Source: Anaerovoracaceae bacterium
Lineage (GTDB): Bacteria > Bacillota > Clostridia > Peptostreptococcales > Anaerovoracaceae
Assembly (NCBI GenBank): GCA_045616985.1
Contig: JAZLHU010000051.1
Coordinates: 5,884-69,883, forward strand
DNA: 64,000 nucleotides
Reading direction: 5' to 3'
Position numbers and translations under genes: made by a program. The notes below the pieces were generated by a model, which ran no database searches, was not told where the DNA came from, and saw only the letters and a program-made list of their open reading frames with translations. This document shows, one piece after another, positions 17,501-25,526 of this stretch. Numbering within the stretch: position 1 is the first letter of the stretch; every line of letters begins with the position of its first letter.

Positions 17501-18170
17501 GAATATCGGAAGACTCTTTGCGGAAAAGCCGACGGAGCTTTGGGAAAAGGGTGTTCAGGCGCTTGGAATTTTGGCATGTCAAAACCAGCAATACTATGCT
17601 GACGGAAGCGAAAAGCCGTTCAACATTTTAAAGACAAGCCCGGAAATTCTTCCGGAGGTCAATGCGCTTATCGACGTTTCCAATCATCCGGAAAGAAAAG
17701 AGGCAAATAAGGTTCTGCTGGATAAAATCAAAAATGCAATGGCAGATCCTAATCCAAGCCACAGGGAAAATACAGCAATGATAATCGATTCCATGAGTGA
17801 TATTGCATCTTGCGAATTGATCATTAACGGAGGAGTAAATAATTTTAGTGACGATATGTCAAAGGTAAGCCCGGGCCTCTTTGTTTGCGCCGGTCTTGCC
17901 CGCAGCGGAATCAGGCAATGCCAGAACAATCCGGATCTTGACTTTGATTTCAGAGAAGACTTTGCAGTTCACGAAGACCCGGATAAGCCGCCCGTATCCC
18001 TTGCCGAAGCAAGAGAATCGGTTCTTGACTTTGCAAACAAGTGCACAAGAATCAGAACTGCCGTAAGTAAGCTCAACATGTATACGCAGGAGTATAAGGA
18101 AATAAAAGAAAAGCCGCTTGAAGTTGAACCTGAGAAGCTCACAATCAAGCGTGGATTAAACATTGATTAG
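14595..18170 (+). CDS. Large hypothetical protein, 1191 aa, hydrophilic, with coiled-coil/KE-rich stretches and no signal peptide or TM segment
   Basis: A long uninterrupted ORF that starts 1 nt after the aroK stop. No motif I recognise. Confidence 0.7.
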   Translation: MPTKEELRQALLENIAKIQQVVPDFAMTEEQIEQCVSDRKYEIFKSLQGKKKLHGKEFDKEKNDIIDQYCDSLATHKSFTRNIGHMCKYENSEEDKAYNKELFSNLTRDDEIGEEARDEYIRRTMNIPFNYDLDFLVSNPSDEELIKYSLEHEDEGAIGMAFSSYLDQLGTDVEYKDPAAMKQFGLLATSFGTYIQNIRSFMESKYYFTMPFSYMSGEQFVRFRDNRDKFPGYNDMIMSGDDSLNDLLTFEEMRRAVPADVQKFKSLNYKPWTRRDYEYTAPKEVRIVGGYENRIEALIAACDMIAGLGEEVAGNKMQSLKSIAANTRLLFSSLNDFPGEEALKNLARAAGDLSRGIYTYIKDKDVAANEDPQFKASVKELENSMKRLDPLKTETGLKSLIRNAKEDREKILSWYNSLKETLKNDPEINLDITKPTDMISIKTCDFKVNEDTISIGDPTEYKGSLSYAFIPKNLSADNHFDSYSAKDEPPYPGSDEQEEIIEAVNSYETAFTVYGNKVLELENAYNMNYAPEKLKRLENELTEAKKERFESYKRFAETNNRIFGAKHAWTLKNQKQFDPNNKEDYKQIKYLYQQAEKGLLYVDLASADSEQKYQIGVNANTKTADIIKTRGANAARPQVIASVFDALKNGEPKERLGRGAEYYDFIAAHYKEFEKENGTDIRFLADFVGKPPVKPAEVAKPGALSWFKRIISFGIANGDFKKYDQYERDLADYNRKAEEYPRLKEEARKRNLASYDGVIKFINKYSKELGMQAPEGVERVGEVTENMIRIHYTEENPLDLSEEYEAKGISQSMLKIEFRVDAAFRIEAHEKPEMFNQDGSIKEDASKEYWNQKKELQKEGDLAGIKKVEDKLSEAREGWKKRIEEKAKQQRLEETKQLQKEMKEAAKKNAQAERVEMGNALSDKRNALYGKSVDIKEQLEDLEDLDVPKDKLVKVSTGWASKSFNEYVKNIGRLFAEKPTELWEKGVQALGILACQNQQYYADGSEKPFNILKTSPEILPEVNALIDVSNHPERKEANKVLLDKIKNAMADPNPSHRENTAMIIDSMSDIASCELIINGGVNNFSDDMSKVSPGLFVCAGLARSGIRQCQNNPDLDFDFREDFAVHEDPDKPPVSLAEARESVLDFANKCTRIRTAVSKLNMYTQEYKEIKEKPLEVEPEKLTIKRGLNID

Positions 18171-18183
18171 CAAGGAGCATGTC

Positions 18184-19599
18184 ATGACAGCAAAAGAGTA
18201 TCGCGACGCCATAAGCGCAAAGCTTCAGGAAATCAAGGCAAAAGGGATCCCGTTTGTAGTATTTATCGACGGCTGGGATTCTGCCGGAAAGGGATATACG
18301 ATCAACGAGCTTATCAAGGGTATCGACCCGAGATTCTACAGCGTTGTATCCGATAAGATATATGCGGAGTTCGAGCGTTTTCCTTTTCTCTACAGATATT
18401 ATGTTCAGCTTCCCATAGACGGAACATTTAAAATTTTCGACGGAAGCTACATGACATCAACGATCAGCGATTGCTTTAAGGGCAATCTCTCTGTTGATGA
18501 TTATCATGCAAGAATCAGATCCATCAACGATTTTGAAAGGACGCTTCAAAACAACGGCTATATTGTATTAAAGCTTTTCTTAAACATCAGCGAAAAGGAA
18601 CAGCTTAAGAGAATGAACAAAAGCCTTTCGGCAGGCTATAAGTCATGGAAGGTCACAAAGGAAGACAGAAGCCAGAACGCCAATTATAAAAACTGGAAGA
18701 AGAGCTTTGCATCCTTTATGACAGACACAGGCGTAAATGCTCCGTGGCATATCCTTGATGCAGCAGACAAAAAGGATGTTAAGCTTGAAGTCCTTAAGCT
18801 TTTATACGAAACGATAGAAATCGCTCTTGCAAAGGGAAAGCTTGTCGGAGAACCGTACGAAGAGGAATTTGAGCTTGCTCCGTTTACGCCGCTTGCCGAT
18901 ATTGATTTAAGCCCGGCGCTTACAGAAGATGAATACGAAGAAAAGCTTAAAAAGCTTGAAAAGAGGATCCATAAGCTCCACTCAAAGGTTTACAAGAAAA
19001 AAATTCCCGTAATTCTTGCATTCGAGGGCTGGGATGCTGCCGGAAAGGGCGGTGCAATCAAAAGAGTTGCCTATCCGCTGGACCCGAGAGGCTTCTGCGT
19101 AATCCCCGTTGCTTCGCCCCAAGCTTACGAAAAGAAGAGACACTTCCTCTGGAGATTTTATACAAAGCTTCCGAAGACAGGTCATGTTCACATTTTCGAC
19201 CGTACCTGGTACGGAAGAGTTATGGTTGAAAGGCTTGAAGGCTTCTGCGAAGAAGACGACTGGAAGAGAGCATACAACGAGATCAACGAGTTTGAGCGCG
19301 ACCTTACAGACTGGGGCGCAATAGTTCTTAAGTTCTGGCTTCAGATAGATAAGGACACTCAGCTTGAAAGATTTACGGAAAGACAAAACACTCCTGAAAA
19401 GCAGTGGAAGATAACAGATGAGGATTGGCGCAACAGAGAAAAGTGGGATGATTATGAAGCCGCAGTTAATGAAATGATTTCAAAAACATCCACAAAGGAT
19501 GCGCCATGGCATATCATAGAAGCAAAGGACAAGCTTTACGCAAGGATCAAGGTGATGGAAATCGTTGCCGATGCAATGGAAAAGGCGGCAGAGGATTAG
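18184..19599 (+). CDS. Two-domain polyphosphate kinase 2 (polyphosphate:AMP phosphotransferase-like)
   Basis: Two PPK2 repeats, each with a P-loop (IDGWDSAGKG and FEGWDAAGKGG). The start is at the ATG after AAGGAG. Confidence 0.85.
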   Translation: MTAKEYRDAISAKLQEIKAKGIPFVVFIDGWDSAGKGYTINELIKGIDPRFYSVVSDKIYAEFERFPFLYRYYVQLPIDGTFKIFDGSYMTSTISDCFKGNLSVDDYHARIRSINDFERTLQNNGYIVLKLFLNISEKEQLKRMNKSLSAGYKSWKVTKEDRSQNANYKNWKKSFASFMTDTGVNAPWHILDAADKKDVKLEVLKLLYETIEIALAKGKLVGEPYEEEFELAPFTPLADIDLSPALTEDEYEEKLKKLEKRIHKLHSKVYKKKIPVILAFEGWDAAGKGGAIKRVAYPLDPRGFCVIPVASPQAYEKKRHFLWRFYTKLPKTGHVHIFDRTWYGRVMVERLEGFCEEDDWKRAYNEINEFERDLTDWGAIVLKFWLQIDKDTQLERFTERQNTPEKQWKITDEDWRNREKWDDYEAAVNEMISKTSTKDAPWHIIEAKDKLYARIKVMEIVADAMEKAAED

Positions 19600-19623
19600 A
19601 CAGAAGAAACGAGGGGTTTGCAG

Positions 19624-21714
19624 ATGAAGATTCCGAAGAATTGCTACATAAGCAGAGATCTTTCATGGCTCGCTTTTAACGAGAGAGTTCTGATGCAGGC
19701 GAAAACAGAAAGCATTCCGATTCTGGAACGCCTTAAGTTTTTGTCCATTTACTATTCTAATCTTGAAGAATTCTTTATGGTAAGAATCGGTTCTCTTGAC
19801 CACAGGGCAAAATATATTCCGAATTTCAGGGACGAAAAGACGGGAAGAACCGCAGCCGAAGAGCTTAAAAAGCTTTTCGCGGCAGTTGCCCGTCAGCAAA
19901 AAAAGGCTCAGGAGATCTACGATAAGCTTGTATCAGACCTTGCCGGCTTCGGAATAAACAAGCTGGACTTTAAGCATCTGTCAAAGGCAGATGAGCTTAT
20001 GACAAAAAGGCTCTTTACTCAATATAAGGACCTTTTGTCTCCAAGGATCATAGACAGCCAGCATCCGCTTCCGTTCCTTACGGGCGGCGAGAGCTATGCC
20101 TGCGTACTCCTGTCTAAAAACGAAAGAGAAAAGCTCGGGATAATTTCCCTGTACAGGCTTCCGAAATATACAAGCTACGAGGATGCGGACGGCAGACAGA
20201 AGCTGGTTATTGTGTCCGAGCTTATCAATTACTATGTTGCAAGCCTGTTCAAAAAATCCGTTGTCAAATCAAGGGCGATCATCAGGGTGACCAGAAATGC
20301 CGACGTTTTCTTTGAGGATTACGAAAAGGAAGAAAAGGAAGATTCCCGCTTTGATATGAAAAAGCTCCTTAAAAAGCGCAAGCGGGCCATGCCTGTAAGG
20401 CTTGAGCTTTTCGGAAAGCCCTCCGAAAAGCTTATCAGTATTCTGACTGAGCAGGTCGGTCTGTCTCCAAAAGAGGTATTTATCGGACAGGTTCCGTTCG
20501 ATCTTAACTTCCCGTCGGTAATTTCCGCAAAACCGGAATACAAATATCCGCCAAGAAAGAGCGTAAAGACGGTTCAACTGGCAAAGGGAGAGTATTTTGA
20601 ATATCTTAAGCACAACGATATTATGCTCAGCTTCCCGTACCAGAGTATTTCAAGCTTTATAGACCTTGTATATGAGGCTGCCGATGACCCCGGCGTTGAA
20701 TCCGTCAGCATTACTCTCTACCGGCTGGCTGCTTCAAGCCGTCTTGCGGCCGCTCTTGCTTATGCGGCAGACAAGGGAAAGGACGTTTTGTGCCTTTTGG
20801 AGCTTCGCGCCCGCTTTGACGAGCAGAATAACGTAGACTACAGCGAGGTTTTGGAGGAGGCGGGCTGCTCCGTTATATACGGTCTGGAAAAGTTTAAGGT
20901 CCACAGCAAGCTTATGCTTATAAAGAAAAAGGACCAAAACGGGGCAATTTCATATATAACCCAGCTTGGGACCGGCAATTACAACGAGGTCACATCGGAG
21001 CAATACACCGATATTTCGATAATTACGGCAGATGAGGCTGTCGGAAGGGATGCGGATCTTGTGTTTAAGGCGCTTGCCATAGGGGAAATTCCGCCTGATA
21101 CGGAGCATCTTCTCATGGCGCCTAAGGGATTTAAGAAAAAGCTTCTTAAGGCTCTTGATAAGGAAAAGGAAAAAGGCCCTGCCGGCAGGGTGAGCATTAA
21201 GGTAAATTCCTTAAACGACCTTGATATTATGCAGAAATTCATAGAATGTTCCCGGGCAGGGGTCAGAATCGAGCTCTTTATAAGAGGTATCTGCTGCCTT
21301 AAGCCGGGTCTTGCCGGATTTACGGACAATATCAGCGTAAAGAGCATAGTGGGACGGTATCTGGAGCATTCCAGAATATATATAATAGGAAGCGGATCCG
21401 ACAAAAAGGTATTTGTAGGATCGGGCGACCTTTTAAACAGAAATACCGAAAGAAGGGTCGAGGCCTTCATTGAAATCAAGTCTCCGGCAATTATGTCCGA
21501 TGTTCTTGAAATTATGGAAGCCTTCAGGGCAGACATAAATAACTCCTGGATCATGCAGCCGGACGGTGCTTATCAGAAGCTTCCGTATGCCGCAGGCAAT
21601 GATTCCTTTGAAAAGCTGTATGATTATTTCAGTAAAAGAGTTATAACACCGGGCAAAATATTAAAGCCAAAGGCTAAATTCAGGTTAAAAGAATTATTTG
21701 CTCTTGCAAAATAA
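19624..21714 (+). CDS. ppk: Polyphosphate kinase 1
   Basis: About 696 aa. N-terminal RDLSWLAFNERVL, then RFL.I...NLEEFFMVR, and a PLD-like HSK motif (KVHSKLMLI). Confidence 0.9.
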   Translation: MKIPKNCYISRDLSWLAFNERVLMQAKTESIPILERLKFLSIYYSNLEEFFMVRIGSLDHRAKYIPNFRDEKTGRTAAEELKKLFAAVARQQKKAQEIYDKLVSDLAGFGINKLDFKHLSKADELMTKRLFTQYKDLLSPRIIDSQHPLPFLTGGESYACVLLSKNEREKLGIISLYRLPKYTSYEDADGRQKLVIVSELINYYVASLFKKSVVKSRAIIRVTRNADVFFEDYEKEEKEDSRFDMKKLLKKRKRAMPVRLELFGKPSEKLISILTEQVGLSPKEVFIGQVPFDLNFPSVISAKPEYKYPPRKSVKTVQLAKGEYFEYLKHNDIMLSFPYQSISSFIDLVYEAADDPGVESVSITLYRLAASSRLAAALAYAADKGKDVLCLLELRARFDEQNNVDYSEVLEEAGCSVIYGLEKFKVHSKLMLIKKKDQNGAISYITQLGTGNYNEVTSEQYTDISIITADEAVGRDADLVFKALAIGEIPPDTEHLLMAPKGFKKKLLKALDKEKEKGPAGRVSIKVNSLNDLDIMQKFIECSRAGVRIELFIRGICCLKPGLAGFTDNISVKSIVGRYLEHSRIYIIGSGSDKKVFVGSGDLLNRNTERRVEAFIEIKSPAIMSDVLEIMEAFRADINNSWIMQPDGAYQKLPYAAGNDSFEKLYDYFSKRVITPGKILKPKAKFRLKELFALAK

Positions 21715-21752
21715 GTTAAAACGAGTTAAAATAAGTTAAAAAACAAGTTAAA
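21714..21752 (+). promoter_or_regulatory. Four phased AGTTAAA direct repeats upstream of the AAA ATPase gene
   Basis: AGTTAAA starts at 21714, 21724, 21734 and 21746, giving spacings of 10, 10 and 12 bp. Confidence 0.5.
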
Positions 21753-21771
21753 CCTATTTCAGAGCAGGGAA

Positions 21772-23475
21772 ATGACCAAAGAACAAAGAGAAGAATTAAA
21801 AAAAGAGATGGACAGCCTGCCGAAGGGCGGTATTACTTATAAAACAATAAACAATACTCCCTACGCATATTATCAGTGGCAGGAAAACGGAAAGCAGAAA
21901 AGCAGGACCGTAAAAGGCGATGAGCTTGAAGAGCTTTCGGCAAAGCTTGCCAGAAAAAAAGCCGTAAGAGCCGTCTTAAACGGTTCGGCTCCCCTTGAAA
22001 GCCTTGGAATTTCAAGCAAGATTCAGGATAGGACTCAAAGAGAATACCTTTGCAGCGTAATTGCCGGAGGCGATCTTAAGCATTTAATCGCAAATTCCGA
22101 GGGGAAAATACCGAGATTTGCCCTTAAGGAGCTTGAAGGCTATCTGTATTCCGAGCCAAACGGTAAGATATTTGTACTTTACGGACTTAAGCAGAGCGGA
22201 AAAACCACTCTTATGTATCAGGCCCTTGCCGATATGAAGCCTGCAGACAGAAAAAAGGCCGCTTACGTTCAGCTCCGGGGCAATCAGAAGATAGAAGATC
22301 TTCAAAAGGATCTTTGGAAGCTCCATACCCGGGGCATAAGGTATGTTTTTGCGGATGAGATCACCAATGCAGACGATTTTATTGAAGGCTCGTCTGTTTT
22401 TTCGGAGGTTTTCATTCCTCTTGGCATGAAAATAGTGCTTTCAGGAGCAAATTCTCTGGAATTTGTGTTTGCCGGAAGAAAACATTTGTATGATAAGTGC
22501 ATTTTTTGCCATATAACACCGCTTTTATACAAGGAGTTCTGCGAATTGTTCGGAAAAGTATCCTTTAATGACTACTTAAAATACGGCGGACACTTAAAAT
22601 ATGCAGAAGAAAGGGATATATTTTTGCAGAAAGGCAGAGCCGACGAGCATATAGACAGCTCTGCAACACAAAATATTTCGGCATCGCTTGCCGCATACCG
22701 CAACGAAGTTGCTTACGGATCACTTTGGGATCTTCAAAACACAAAAAAACTTGAAAGTGCCGTCAATCGGTACATAAAGCACATAAATCAGGAAGATTCA
22801 TTTGAAATATTCAAAGAGGCCTTTAAGCTTGAAGGCATTTCAAATCTTAAGGATCTGATTTCCGATGGCTTTTCTGACACAATCACGCCTGATGCCGGAG
22901 AACAGATAAGAAGTTATCTGGATCTGACGGATCTTACCGCGGAAATATCGGAGGATACGGCTGCATCCCGCAGGCTGACGGAGCAGAAGCAGGTCTTTTT
23001 GATTCCGGCGCTTCGCTATGCACAAAGCACGGAGCTTCTTAAAACCCTTATATTCGATTTGATTTTTGCTGACGAAAGCGGCGAAGAGAAGAAAAAGATA
23101 TTAAATATCTCAACGGCGAGGCTTTTGGATGCAATGGTCCGGGACCAGGTGCTTTTGGAAACGTCCATTGCGTTTCTCGGCCCTGACAGAAAAAAACCGA
23201 AGAGAAATGTTGAAATCCAAAGGCTGAAGCTTGAAAATTCAACGGTAGATATGCTTATTTTCTGGCCGGAAAAAAGAGTCTGCCAGATTTACTGCGTATC
23301 TGCCGAGGATGCCGCTCAAAAAGAGCTTGCATCGGCAATTACCGATGAGAAAAATCTTGAAACAATCGAACGCTTGTACGGCAAAATCACCGGCAGGGGC
23401 GTTTTATATCTTGGCCCAAGCTGCGAATTCAACGGAATAATGTACTTGAACATAGAAGATTATCTTACGAAATAA
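21772..23475 (+). CDS. AAA-family ATP-binding protein (AAA_14/DUF4143-like) with an extra N-terminal domain
   Basis: Walker A LYGLKQSGKTTL and Walker B-like YVFADEIT. Confidence 0.6.
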   Translation: MTKEQREELKKEMDSLPKGGITYKTINNTPYAYYQWQENGKQKSRTVKGDELEELSAKLARKKAVRAVLNGSAPLESLGISSKIQDRTQREYLCSVIAGGDLKHLIANSEGKIPRFALKELEGYLYSEPNGKIFVLYGLKQSGKTTLMYQALADMKPADRKKAAYVQLRGNQKIEDLQKDLWKLHTRGIRYVFADEITNADDFIEGSSVFSEVFIPLGMKIVLSGANSLEFVFAGRKHLYDKCIFCHITPLLYKEFCELFGKVSFNDYLKYGGHLKYAEERDIFLQKGRADEHIDSSATQNISASLAAYRNEVAYGSLWDLQNTKKLESAVNRYIKHINQEDSFEIFKEAFKLEGISNLKDLISDGFSDTITPDAGEQIRSYLDLTDLTAEISEDTAASRRLTEQKQVFLIPALRYAQSTELLKTLIFDLIFADESGEEKKKILNISTARLLDAMVRDQVLLETSIAFLGPDRKKPKRNVEIQRLKLENSTVDMLIFWPEKRVCQIYCVSAEDAAQKELASAITDEKNLETIERLYGKITGRGVLYLGPSCEFNGIMYLNIEDYLTK

Positions 23476-24176
23476 TGAAAAAAAGAGTTTGGGAACTTGA
23501 TTTTATAAGAGGCGGAGCCATCCTCATCATGATAGCAATCCATCTGGCGGTGGATCTGATGCTTGCCGGAAAGATTGAATACATAGAAAGCTCATTTTTC
23601 TGGTTCGTGAAGCTCTACGGCGGAATAATCTTTGTGCTTATTTCCGGAATATGCGCCGAGTTTTCTAAAAACAACCTGAAAAGAGGACTTGTGGTCTTCG
23701 GATGCGGAATGCTGCTTACCATTGTGACCGCAGCCCTGTATAAGCTCGGAATATGTCCGCAGGACATCCTTATTCAGTGGGGAGTTCTGCATCTGATCGG
23801 ATTTTCAATGATGATTTATCCCCTGTATAAAAAGCTCCCGAAACCCGCTGCGCTTATCCTTGCTTTGGCAATTCTGGCTGCCGGCTATTACCTTCGGGCA
23901 GAGGTCTGGACAACGAATCCTTACCTTCTTCCTTTGGGAATCGAGCCGGTAGGCTTTAAAACAAGGGACTGGTACCCGATACTTCCCAATACAGGCTGGT
24001 TTATGCTCGGAAGTCTTTTGGGCAGGACTCTGTACAGGGAGAAGCTGAGTCTTTTCCCCGACGGTCCGCAGGAAAACGCAATAGTAAGCTTTTTATCACG
24101 CGTCGGAAGAAATTCACTCCGGATCTATTTGATTTCACAGCCTCTTACTTATATAGCGGCAAATTATCTGATGTGA
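23475..24176 (+). CDS. DUF1624 / heparan-alpha-glucosaminide N-acetyltransferase-like membrane protein
   Basis: RVWELDFIRGGAILIMIAIH N-terminal signature and a polytopic membrane profile. Confidence 0.65.
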   Translation: MKKRVWELDFIRGGAILIMIAIHLAVDLMLAGKIEYIESSFFWFVKLYGGIIFVLISGICAEFSKNNLKRGLVVFGCGMLLTIVTAALYKLGICPQDILIQWGVLHLIGFSMMIYPLYKKLPKPAALILALAILAAGYYLRAEVWTTNPYLLPLGIEPVGFKTRDWYPILPNTGWFMLGSLLGRTLYREKLSLFPDGPQENAIVSFLSRVGRNSLRIYLISQPLTYIAANYLM

Positions 24177-24204
24177 AACGCAATACAAACGAAAAATACA
24201 TATA

Positions 24205-25521
24205 ATGATGATAACGAATTCAGGTACAATATATCGTGGCATATCCTTGGGACTGGATGCATTTTCGCTTCTGATATCTTTGGTTTTGGCATATGCAATA
24301 GGAACGGAAAAGGCTGTAAAAAAGGCCGAAATGAAATATTTTTCAGCCATTGTAGCTTTCAATGCACTTTGCTCAGCCTGCGATTTCGGCGTATGCATAA
24401 ACGAAGGAAACATAAGCACTGCTTCAAGTGTTGAAATGCTTGCCAATCTTTCCTTTGTATTTTCGATGTTTGTATTGCTGTTCTTTTGCTTTTATCAATA
24501 TCACATGATGAGGCAAAGAGTATATGTTTCCGGCGGAATAAATTACAGCTCTGCGTTTACCTGCAACACCTTATGGATAGTATTCTTAATCGGAAACATC
24601 CAGGAAAAGCCCTGGTTTATCAGCGTCAGTTCGCAAGGAATGGTTGAAAGACAGCCTGCATATATTGTTCTTCCTATTGTGGTATGCGTAATCCTGCTGT
24701 TTAATTTCTTCCTTATCCTTTCGGACAGAAAGCATTTAAACAGACACGAGCTTTTCGCCTGGATATCCTACGAGATTTTTCCGGGAATCATATACATAAT
24801 ATATTTTGCGACAGGATTCTTTAGGGAAGCGTTTATGTACGCTGCGGCAAGTCTTTCGCTCATACTTTTATATATCAATATTCACATATCCGGTATAAGA
24901 GAAAGTATTGAAACGGAGAACAGGCTTAGCAAATCCCAGATGCAGCTTATGGTAAGTCAGATACAACCGCATTTTTTGTACAATTCCTTAAATTCCATCT
25001 ATGCCCTCATAGATCAGGATCCGGAAATTGCCCAGGAAGCGGTAAGCACCTTTTCGGATTATCTTCGCCAGAACATCAACGCCTTAAAAAAAGACGAGCC
25101 CGTTGAGTTTGAAGAAGAAATGGAACACACAAAGGCATATTTGTATCTGGAAAAAATACGCTTCGGAGATAAACTCAATATAGAGTTCGATATAAAAGCA
25201 AAGGATTTTAAAATCCCGCCGCTGTCGGTTCAGCCCCTGGTTGAAAATGCAATAAAGCATGGAATAAGCCAAAAGGCTGACGGAGGAAATCTTAAGATAG
25301 CAAGCCGGGAAAACGAAACGGATAATATTATTCAGATTACGGACGACGGCAAGGGCTTTGAAGCCGGAAGGTTTTCCGACGACAAAAAAAGCACTCATAT
25401 CGGAATGGTTAATGTAAGCACAAGAATTCAGACTATGGTATCGGGCAAACTGAATGTAAGCAGTGTGCCCGGCCGGGGAACGATTTGCACAATTACAATA
25501 CCAAAGGATAATAAGAGGTAA
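24205..25521 (+). CDS. LytS/YehU-type sensor histidine kinase (polytopic N-terminus, His_kinase PF06580-like, HATPase)
   Basis: QIQPHFLYNSLNSIYALI H-region, ENAIKHG N-box, DDGKGF. Confidence 0.85.
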   Translation: MMITNSGTIYRGISLGLDAFSLLISLVLAYAIGTEKAVKKAEMKYFSAIVAFNALCSACDFGVCINEGNISTASSVEMLANLSFVFSMFVLLFFCFYQYHMMRQRVYVSGGINYSSAFTCNTLWIVFLIGNIQEKPWFISVSSQGMVERQPAYIVLPIVVCVILLFNFFLILSDRKHLNRHELFAWISYEIFPGIIYIIYFATGFFREAFMYAAASLSLILLYINIHISGIRESIETENRLSKSQMQLMVSQIQPHFLYNSLNSIYALIDQDPEIAQEAVSTFSDYLRQNINALKKDEPVEFEEEMEHTKAYLYLEKIRFGDKLNIEFDIKAKDFKIPPLSVQPLVENAIKHGISQKADGGNLKIASRENETDNIIQITDDGKGFEAGRFSDDKKSTHIGMVNVSTRIQTMVSGKLNVSSVPGRGTICTITIPKDNKR

Positions 25522-25526
25522 GGAAG

